Assembly (NCBI GenBank): GCA_964559395.1
Contig: CAZLGX010000001.1
Span: 1 to 29,988, forward strand
From: an uncultured Methanosarcinales archaeon
GTDB taxonomy: Archaea; Nanobdellota; Nanobdellia; Woesearchaeales; GW2011-AR4
Direction of reading: 5' to 3'
DNA: 29,988 bases
Under the pieces are notes generated by a model. The model was not told the DNA's origin and did no database searches. It saw nothing but the letters and a program-made list of their open reading frames with translations. Both the position numbers and the translations under genes were made by a program. Below, in pieces: positions 23,572 to 29,988 of the stretch (its first letter is position 1; each line of letters begins with the position of its first letter).

Positions 23572-24468
23572 ATGCGCAAAAGAGGGCAAGTTACTTTGTT
23601 TATAATACTCGGCCTTATTGTAGTTATTATATTTGCAATTTACCTTTATACTTCTGGATTAAATTCCAAGCGAGTTCTATCAAGTAAAGCCCAAAATTTG
23701 CGTTCTAATGCGGTTAAGGATTATGCAGAATCGTGCATTAAAATCGCAGCCGAAGATGCTTTATTCAACAAAATTGGTTTGCATGGCGGATATTTGAATC
23801 CAGATGGCGATGCCACCTATGGCGAGACTGGTGCAATAAACCCCTCTGCAGTGTTCCAAGGCGAAAAAGTCCCTTATTATCTTGAGGGTACAAATTCAGG
23901 CAACATTAAAACTTACAACAAATTTGTTCCTTCCATGGATACTATCAAGAAGAAAATTGAAAATTATGTGATTGTGGAATTTGAAAAATGCTTTAAGGCA
24001 AATACATTTGGCGATATTGGAATTAACATTACCAAGCCTGAAATTGACTACAAAGCCATAAATTTTGATTTTAGCAAGACAGACGTAAGAATTGACGTTG
24101 GCATTAACCAAAATGATGTCTCGATAAGCTTAGATTACCCGATTGTTGTTAGAGAAAGAGAAATAGAAACAGAACTAGAGTCATTTAGCGTCATTTTGCC
24201 CATTAGGCTTAAGTCCTTATTTGATAGCTCTGCCATAATGGTGGAAAACATAAAAAATAAGCAGCCGGATACCTATGATATATCGCTGGATTGTAGCTCC
24301 TATGACAAAAACGGCTTGACAAATATTTATTTAAAAAGCAGCGATGACGGTTCCGGAAAAATAGTTCAGCTTGTTGATTTCAGCACCTATAACAGCAATT
24401 ATGTCAATTCTTATATATTCCAGTTTGCTGTTAAGAATGTGAACATTCAAAGCGATTGTGTCGGATAA
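23572..24468 (+). CDS. Class III signal peptide (type IV pilin-like) protein
   Basis: MRKRG|QVTLFIILGLIVVIIFAIYLY: basic-Gly cleavage site followed by Gln+1 and a hydrophobic helix. Confidence 0.8.
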   Translation: MRKRGQVTLFIILGLIVVIIFAIYLYTSGLNSKRVLSSKAQNLRSNAVKDYAESCIKIAAEDALFNKIGLHGGYLNPDGDATYGETGAINPSAVFQGEKVPYYLEGTNSGNIKTYNKFVPSMDTIKKKIENYVIVEFEKCFKANTFGDIGINITKPEIDYKAINFDFSKTDVRIDVGINQNDVSISLDYPIVVREREIETELESFSVILPIRLKSLFDSSAIMVENIKNKQPDTYDISLDCSSYDKNGLTNIYLKSSDDGSGKIVQLVDFSTYNSNYVNSYIFQFAVKNVNIQSDCVG

Positions 24469-24513
24469 AATTCGAAAAGGATATATATTAGTAATTGAGA
24501 GGGTATTGGTATA

Positions 24514-27072
24514 ATGAAAAAAGGTGTACTTTTATATATTTTAATCTTTATGATAGCTATTGGCGTCTCTTACTCTTTAGTTCCTGATTCTGATCAAGAT
24601 GGAGTTCCAGACGTTGATAACAATGGCAATATAATAGACAGGTGCATTAACACCCAAACTACAGACGTTGATCAGTTCGGATGCAGCTGTGCTCAAAAGG
24701 ATTGTGTTTCTGATGATAATCCTTGTACTGATGATTGTGGAGTTGTAGATGGGCTGGCTGCTTGTAATGTGCCAGACAACACCAATTCTTGTGTTAATGG
24801 AAATTGTGCCGGAGGAAGCTGTATTCAGGATGAAATTAGCCCTAATGCTAGATTTGGTGACTGTGAGGGTTCATGGGATCCAGATTTTGGTTGTTTGCCT
24901 GTTGACGATGTTGGAGGACGAACGCCTGGTGGAGATGAGAGTTCTAAAGGGGGCGGAGACAGTGGAGATGGCGGTGGCGGTGGAGCCGATTCTTTTGATT
25001 ACTTAGGAAGCAGCCGAAGAGCTGTCTTGGCAGCATATGACGCACTTCTTAATAGGAATGAATGTGAGGAGCTTCTCAGTAAAGCAGGTGTCAGTGCCAG
25101 AGATGCATTTAGTCGAGTGTTGCGAGAAAGAAGAATTGGATTAGCAGGACCTTATCCTCATGATTTATGTGATGAAAAAAGGTCCGCATATTTCGATCCT
25201 GATAGGAATACGATTACAATTTGTACATCTTGGTTTGATTTCAGCTGGAATCTTAAGCTAGTATCAATTCTGCATGAGATTGGACACATGACTGGAGCTA
25301 TTGAGCCAGAACGCGGATCAACCGATGCTTATACAGTAATTAATGCTGCAATCTTCCAAAGTTGCATAAAGACTGATATTGTGCTACCTTCATCTCAGGG
25401 AACTGAATTCGAAAGCAACTGCAATCCCAATTACCCGCAAGATTTGGGCCCATGTATAGGCAATCCGATAAGACCGTGCCAAAATACTAATTCGCAATAT
25501 TACCCTCCTGATACTATATGCAAAGGTGACTGGCCCAATACTGGTGGAGTAGATATGTCTATCAAGTTTACAGACTTTAATGATAATATCCATTACTATG
25601 GTGATGTTGATAGTTGCGCTTATTATGAGGTTTGCTCTGCAACCATAGACAAATATGTTCAGGAAGCTGTTGATTGCTGTGAAAATAACAATAAGAATGA
25701 TGTAGAATGCAGTTTTGCCAAAGCCAATTCAAATGGAAACCCGAAAAAATGCGAAGGACTTTATCTTATCAAGAGTGCAGAGTTTGGAAAATATAATCCG
25801 AACTCGCACAGCGGCGGTGTTTGCTGCGCCTCGGAATATTATCCAGAATGGAAATGGTTTTGTGACCAAATAACAAATAGCAACGGACTTTTCTATGGCA
25901 GATGTGATTCGCCTGGTGGTTTAGGAAATGGTTATACTTCTCCAATCAGCAATATACTGAATCAACTGCCTTGTAACACTAATCTAAAATTTTCAAATAC
26001 CGACCTTCAGAGTAACTCCTGCATATCATCATTATACATTCCAACTTCTTTGTCTATTGAGAAAATGAGGGTAAGAGGCTGCACGCTCGATTCAGGAATA
26101 TTGACCACTCTGTTAAGAAAGGCAGGCTATCAAAGCAATGAGGTTATGACAGTTCAGAGTCAATTCCACGCTTTTGTTTTAGTTAAGTTACCTCTGGAGC
26201 TAAAATACATTTTAATTACCAACTATTTGATGGATAAAACAAATCATGAAAATTGGTGCCAACGGCAATGGGTTGAATGTCATAATGACAATGGTATAAT
26301 CGCATGTCCTTCGAAATCAGAAGTGTATGGATGTGAAGGCTTGCCGTATGTACAGTCTAATGTATGTAATGGATGTGTGTATAATGAAAGATGCTACAAC
26401 ATTGGGGAAAGGGAATGTGTAAACGGAATATATCATAGGTGCATCGGACAAAATAAAATTCAACAGAAAGGCGCTTGCGACCAATGCCCAGGCTGTGTTT
26501 ACAACAATAAATGCTACAATACCAGTCAAACCGAGTGTATAGGCAATGAATTATGGCAGTGCGTTGCCCCGAATAAGGTAGAAAAGATTGACATATGCTG
26601 TCCTGGAGGCTGCAAGTATGAAGGAAGATGCTATGCACCAGGTGAAACTGGCTGTATAGGAAATGAGCTATGGCAGTGCACCGGACAAGATGGTGCTAAA
26701 CCGATTGGGCCTTGCCCCAATCAAGAAAGCTGCGCAGGTTGCGTCTACGAAGAATCTTGTTATCCGGTTGGTGAAAAAAAATGTATAGGAAATCAGGAAT
26801 ATACTTGCTTCGGGCTGAATGATATAAGACCAACAACAGGGTGCTGTGGATGCCAATACTATGGAAAATGTTACAGACTTGGAGAAACAGATTGTATTTC
26901 AAACAATAGATACCAGTGCACTGGATACGAACAGATATCATTTGTAGGCCCGTGCTGTTCCGGATGCTTTTATAACGATAGGTGCTATGGTATAGGAGAC
27001 ACCGAGTGCGTTAGTAATGTCCTATATCGATGCTCAGAAAAAGATACGATACAAGTAAATGGAAGCTGTTAA
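24514..27072 (+). CDS. Secreted Cys-rich protein with HExxH metallopeptidase-like and transglutaminase-like domains and six C-terminal Cys repeats
   Basis: Signal peptide; DSDQDGVPD Ca-binding-like motif; LHEIGH (aa 253-258); GC..DSGILTTLLRKAG...HAFVLV (aa 522-557); repeats at aa 618-852. Confidence 0.78.
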   Translation: MKKGVLLYILIFMIAIGVSYSLVPDSDQDGVPDVDNNGNIIDRCINTQTTDVDQFGCSCAQKDCVSDDNPCTDDCGVVDGLAACNVPDNTNSCVNGNCAGGSCIQDEISPNARFGDCEGSWDPDFGCLPVDDVGGRTPGGDESSKGGGDSGDGGGGGADSFDYLGSSRRAVLAAYDALLNRNECEELLSKAGVSARDAFSRVLRERRIGLAGPYPHDLCDEKRSAYFDPDRNTITICTSWFDFSWNLKLVSILHEIGHMTGAIEPERGSTDAYTVINAAIFQSCIKTDIVLPSSQGTEFESNCNPNYPQDLGPCIGNPIRPCQNTNSQYYPPDTICKGDWPNTGGVDMSIKFTDFNDNIHYYGDVDSCAYYEVCSATIDKYVQEAVDCCENNNKNDVECSFAKANSNGNPKKCEGLYLIKSAEFGKYNPNSHSGGVCCASEYYPEWKWFCDQITNSNGLFYGRCDSPGGLGNGYTSPISNILNQLPCNTNLKFSNTDLQSNSCISSLYIPTSLSIEKMRVRGCTLDSGILTTLLRKAGYQSNEVMTVQSQFHAFVLVKLPLELKYILITNYLMDKTNHENWCQRQWVECHNDNGIIACPSKSEVYGCEGLPYVQSNVCNGCVYNERCYNIGERECVNGIYHRCIGQNKIQQKGACDQCPGCVYNNKCYNTSQTECIGNELWQCVAPNKVEKIDICCPGGCKYEGRCYAPGETGCIGNELWQCTGQDGAKPIGPCPNQESCAGCVYEESCYPVGEKKCIGNQEYTCFGLNDIRPTTGCCGCQYYGKCYRLGETDCISNNRYQCTGYEQISFVGPCCSGCFYNDRCYGIGDTECVSNVLYRCSEKDTIQVNGSC
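26365..27069 (+). repeat. Six tandem ~37-44-aa Cys-rich repeats
   Basis: Consensus C.GC.Y...CY..G...C..N..Y/W.C.......G.C. Confidence 0.9.
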
Positions 27073-27073
27073 C

Positions 27074-27934
27074 ATGAAAAGTAAGATATTACTTGGAATG
27101 ATTGTATGCTTGTGCTTGATCCAATTAGCTTACGCTCAAGTGGAAATAATAAAAAATTATCCGAAAGAGATTACTGCAGGAAGTGAATTAAGTGTTGAAA
27201 TAATTCTGAAAAATGCTGAGAATTTTACGAAGAAGTTGATCGTGATAGAAAGAATTGATCAGAACGCAGTTCCAGTTGAGCCTGGCACTGTCGAGACAGT
27301 ATACTTAGGTTTTGGCGATACAAAAGAGCAGAGATATTCATGGGACATAATGCTAGCTCCCTTGGAGGAAAAGAGAATAGTTTACAGAATCAAAGTCAAC
27401 AAAGTTGGAGCCTATAATCTGTATCAAACAAAGGCTATGACTATTACTCAAACTTATTTATCAAACGCTGACATTGTAGACGTTAAATGTGTGCCAAATA
27501 ATTCGTGCGAGCAAGATGAAAATAATTATTACTGTCCTCAAGACTGCCAAGAATCAGATATTCAATGCTATACCGACAATGACTGCGGACAATTAAAGTT
27601 TTGCGATAACGGTTCGACTTACAGAGACATAAGGTGTTTGAACAACAAATGCGTAAAACAAACTGCGGAATTCTGCAAAACAACTGCAGAAACCAAGATG
27701 CAGCAGAAATATAATCCTCTGTTGATATTCTTAAGCATTACATTGCTTGCCTTAGTAATAAGTTTGTCAATATTCCATCATTATCATAGTAATAAAGGAA
27801 CTCGTAATCAACTTAGGAATTACATAAGAACAAATCTAAAAAAAGGCTACAGCAAACAACAGGTTAAAGCTGCGTTGGTAAAAAGCGGTTATTCAAATAA
27901 AGAAATAGAAGAAGAGTTTAGGAGAATAAGATAA
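27074..27934 (+). CDS. Single-pass surface protein (Ig-like domain, Cys-rich region, TM, small cytoplasmic helical domain)
   Basis: Signal peptide; beta-rich domain; CVPNNSCEQDENNYYCPQDC; TM; LRNYIRTNLKKGYSKQQVKAALVKSGYSNKEIEEEF. Confidence 0.78.
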   Translation: MKSKILLGMIVCLCLIQLAYAQVEIIKNYPKEITAGSELSVEIILKNAENFTKKLIVIERIDQNAVPVEPGTVETVYLGFGDTKEQRYSWDIMLAPLEEKRIVYRIKVNKVGAYNLYQTKAMTITQTYLSNADIVDVKCVPNNSCEQDENNYYCPQDCQESDIQCYTDNDCGQLKFCDNGSTYRDIRCLNNKCVKQTAEFCKTTAETKMQQKYNPLLIFLSITLLALVISLSIFHHYHSNKGTRNQLRNYIRTNLKKGYSKQQVKAALVKSGYSNKEIEEEFRRIR

Positions 27935-27952
27935 TTATAATAAAGTTTTCAC

Positions 27953-28255
27953 ATGGCAACTACCATATCACTTAGGTTGGATAAGTCAATACTTAAGGAT
28001 TTATCCATTATAGAGAAGAATTGGCAGGCAGACCGCTCAGAAGCGATAATGAGACTATTAGTTAAAGCTGTAAACTCCTGGAAATTACAAAACGCATTGG
28101 AAAAGCTTAGAGAACATAAAATTTCAATAGGAAAATCCGCTGAGGAATGCGAAGTGTCTTTATGGGAAATGCTGGATTTAGCGAAAGAAGGTAGAATTGA
28201 CTGGACAGCTTATTCCAATGAGGATCTTGAAAGGGATTTGGGAATTTTAGAGTGA
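27953..28255 (+). CDS. UPF0175-like antitoxin (RHH plus helical domain)
   Basis: TISLRLD, DRSEAIMRLL, KISIGKSAEECEVSLWEMLDL. Confidence 0.75.
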   Translation: MATTISLRLDKSILKDLSIIEKNWQADRSEAIMRLLVKAVNSWKLQNALEKLREHKISIGKSAEECEVSLWEMLDLAKEGRIDWTAYSNEDLERDLGILE

Positions 28256-28302
28256 TAAGATTTATAAAGTAAGAAGATTGTTAATAACCGAGAGTGAGCA
28301 AA

Positions 28303-28476
28303 ATGCAGGAAATAAAACAAGTTCTAAGGAAATACGAGTATGTTATCAAGGTAGATGGCAAAGAAGTTTGGAGAGGGCTAAATCCAAAAGATAAATATTG
28401 GGAAATAAAAGAAAAAAATCCAAGCAAAGAAGTAGGAATAGCTTGGAATAGCCAAGACGATGTTCTGATATGCTAA
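28303..28476 (+). CDS. Small DUF5678-like protein
   Basis: KYEYVIKVDGKEVWRG...YWEIKEKNP; directly upstream of a retropepsin. Confidence 0.55.
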   Translation: MQEIKQVLRKYEYVIKVDGKEVWRGLNPKDKYWEIKEKNPSKEVGIAWNSQDDVLIC

Positions 28477-28477
28477 G

Positions 28478-28882
28478 ATGAAGATTCCTTATTCACAGCA
28501 GAAAAGCAGCATATTCGGAATAATACCCAGGCCGCTTGTTGCAATAAAAGTATATTCAAAAACAAAAAATACGTGGATACCTGTTTATGATGCGCTTGCA
28601 GACACTGGCGCCGATATAACGTTACTGCCAAGATACTTAGGAGAGATGATTGTTGGTGATATCACAACAGGAAAGTATATAGAAATTAAGGGAATCGCCA
28701 CTAGCGCTGTTGTAATCGGATTTATTCATAAGGTAAGATTAGAAGTTTTTCGTAAAGAAGTTGATGCAAATATAGTAATTGCTGACACAGACGATGTAAG
28801 GCCAGTTCTTGGAAGACTTGATGGTTTGGATTTATTTAGCGTAACTTTTGATAAAGGCAAACATATCATAATGAAACAATAA
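28478..28882 (+). CDS. Retropepsin-like aspartic protease (single domain)
   Basis: PRPLVAIKV...ALADTGADITLL...VLGRLDGLD (DTG catalytic motif and the distal LGR). Confidence 0.85.
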   Translation: MKIPYSQQKSSIFGIIPRPLVAIKVYSKTKNTWIPVYDALADTGADITLLPRYLGEMIVGDITTGKYIEIKGIATSAVVIGFIHKVRLEVFRKEVDANIVIADTDDVRPVLGRLDGLDLFSVTFDKGKHIIMKQ

Positions 28883-28975
28883 GATCATTCTAGAATAAAA
28901 TAAAAAGTACTTTAATAGGGATAGATTATTCAAATGAGAAGGTAGAAAAAGCATTTAGGGGGATAAGATAAGGAT

Positions 28976-29317
28976 TCACCCAACACTATGCCCGCATCCG
29001 CAGGTTCTCTTAACATTCGGATTGTCAATTTTGAAGCCAGCTCCTTGCAAAGCATCTTTATAATCAACAGTTGAGCCCTTCATAAAAACAATGCTTTCTT
29101 GATTCATGAATATCTTAATTCCTTTGTCTTCGATCACTGTATCATTTCCTTTTGGTGATTTTTCAAAAGAGATGTCGTACATATACCCTGAACAGCCGCC
29201 CATTGTTATTCCTATCCTTAAGCCATAATCTTTCTTGTTTTCCTTTTCAAGCATCTGCTTGACTCTGCTGGCTGCTTTATCAGTCAAAGTTACTATAATT
29301 TCCTTTGTTTGCTGCAT
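28976..29317 (-). CDS. iscA: A-type Fe-S cluster carrier (IscA/SufA/ErpA, HesB family)
   Basis: LRIGITMGGCSG, GSTVDY, NPNVKRTCGCGHS. Confidence 0.93.
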   Translation of the reverse strand: MQQTKEIIVTLTDKAASRVKQMLEKENKKDYGLRIGITMGGCSGYMYDISFEKSPKGNDTVIEDKGIKIFMNQESIVFMKGSTVDYKDALQGAGFKIDNPNVKRTCGCGHSVG

Positions 29318-29318
29318 T

Positions 29319-29642
29319 TTAAGCCTCTATCACAATTTTATTCTTTTCAGGATGTATATATGCTTCTTTACCAACCTTTAAATTCAAGAATTTTGCAATT
29401 TCTTTTGGTATTCTAACTGCCAACGAATTTCCAGTTTTTGTTATCTTGGTTTTTTTGCCTAATCCCCAAATCCCTTTTTCTTTAGCTGCATCTTCAATTG
29501 CCTGAGTAGTCTTTTCGTTTGTAAAAGATTCATGGCATTTACTGCATATTTCAGCTGGAAACTCGCCTAAATACACACCAAACATAGTTTCGCTGATTTT
29601 TCCTTTGAATAGATTTCCTTTTCCACACATTGGGCACTTCAT
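29319..29642 (-). CDS. YgiT/MqsA-type zinc finger fused to AbrB/MazE domain (antitoxin)
   Basis: KCPMCG...ICSKCHE, then KITKTGNSLAVRIPKEIAKFLNL. Confidence 0.85.
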   Translation of the reverse strand: MKCPMCGKGNLFKGKISETMFGVYLGEFPAEICSKCHESFTNEKTTQAIEDAAKEKGIWGLGKKTKITKTGNSLAVRIPKEIAKFLNLKVGKEAYIHPEKNKIVIEA

Positions 29643-29648
29643 GATTAA

Positions 29649-29849
29649 TCACCTTGGTTTCACTGTTATTACAAAAATATCATTTCTATATTTTTTATAT
29701 ACAACACAAAAATACTTGTAGTGAGATAATATTTTATTGGGATTTTGGAGAGATTTGGATCCCCTATTTATTGCTTCTTGAACATCTTTTTCTGATATTC
29801 CCCTAGCAACCATTTGCTCTCTTGCATGTTTGCTATATCTGACAGACAT
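29649..29849 (-). CDS. DUF4258-family (RelE-like) putative toxin
   Basis: YSKHAREQMVARGISEKDVQEAI...FVITV. Confidence 0.85.
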   Translation of the reverse strand: MSVRYSKHAREQMVARGISEKDVQEAINRGSKSLQNPNKILSHYKYFCVVYKKYRNDIFVITVKPR

Positions 29850-29908
29850 GTAACACCTATAATTACTTATAAGTACAATGAGTATAATCCTATATAAATG
29901 TTTCCATT

Positions 29909-29988
29909 TCAGGATTGATTATTAATATTATCCTCAAACTCCTTATACTCATCATATCCTTTCGCTTCGAGCTCTTCTGCAAGCTCTT
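29909..29988 (-). CDS. 3' end of an unidentified gene entering from beyond the window
   Basis: Open frame ...ELAEELEAKGYDEYKEFEDNINNQS-TGA. Confidence 0.5.
   Translation of the reverse strand, partial: ELAEELEAKGYDEYKEFEDNINNQS

Noticed and set aside
27074-27140. Lipobox in MKSKILLGMIVCLC as an LspA substrate
   Set aside because: The residues before each Cys do not fit [LVI][ASTVI][GAS]C; AYA-Q looks like an SPase I site.
1-29988. CRISPR array, rRNA, tRNA, integrase or transposase, alternative genetic code
   Set aside because: No regularly spaced repeats, RNA-gene signatures or recombinase motifs were seen. Core genes end at TAA, TAG or TGA at the expected positions.

Overview
AT-rich archaeal chromosomal window in standard code 11, with GGTG/GAGGT Shine-Dalgarno sites and TTTA(T/A)ATA TATA boxes. 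Gene content and style point to DPANN, most likely Woesearchaeota (inference). Core genes: speD (partial), DUF655, rpo4/rpoF, rpl21e, sepF, sppA, aIF-1A, rpl11, spt5, ferredoxin, ttuA/ncsA-like thiolase, a ThiS/SAMP sulfur carrier and iscA. These are mixed with 5-6 toxin-antitoxin-like modules, several large surface proteins and lone AT-rich orphan genes that interrupt normally conserved operons. Main oddities: (i) a dispersed family of intergenic palindromic elements whose loops carry C-GNA-G DNA mini-hairpin motifs; (ii) an 852-aa secreted Cys-rich protein with both a HExxH motif and a transglutaminase-like core, in a pilin-like surface cluster; (iii) uL11 with a ~105-aa C-terminal extension; (iv) an asparaginase N-terminus fused in frame to TtuA; (v) a bacterial-type lipoprotein signal peptidase LspA; (vi) a membrane-anchored TIKI/ChaN/EreA-like protein; (vii) a stand-alone RnfD/NqrB-like protein downstream of a GNRA-capped structured leader. 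No rRNA, tRNA, CRISPR array or intact transposase was found. All family calls come from motif recognition by eye, not from database searches.
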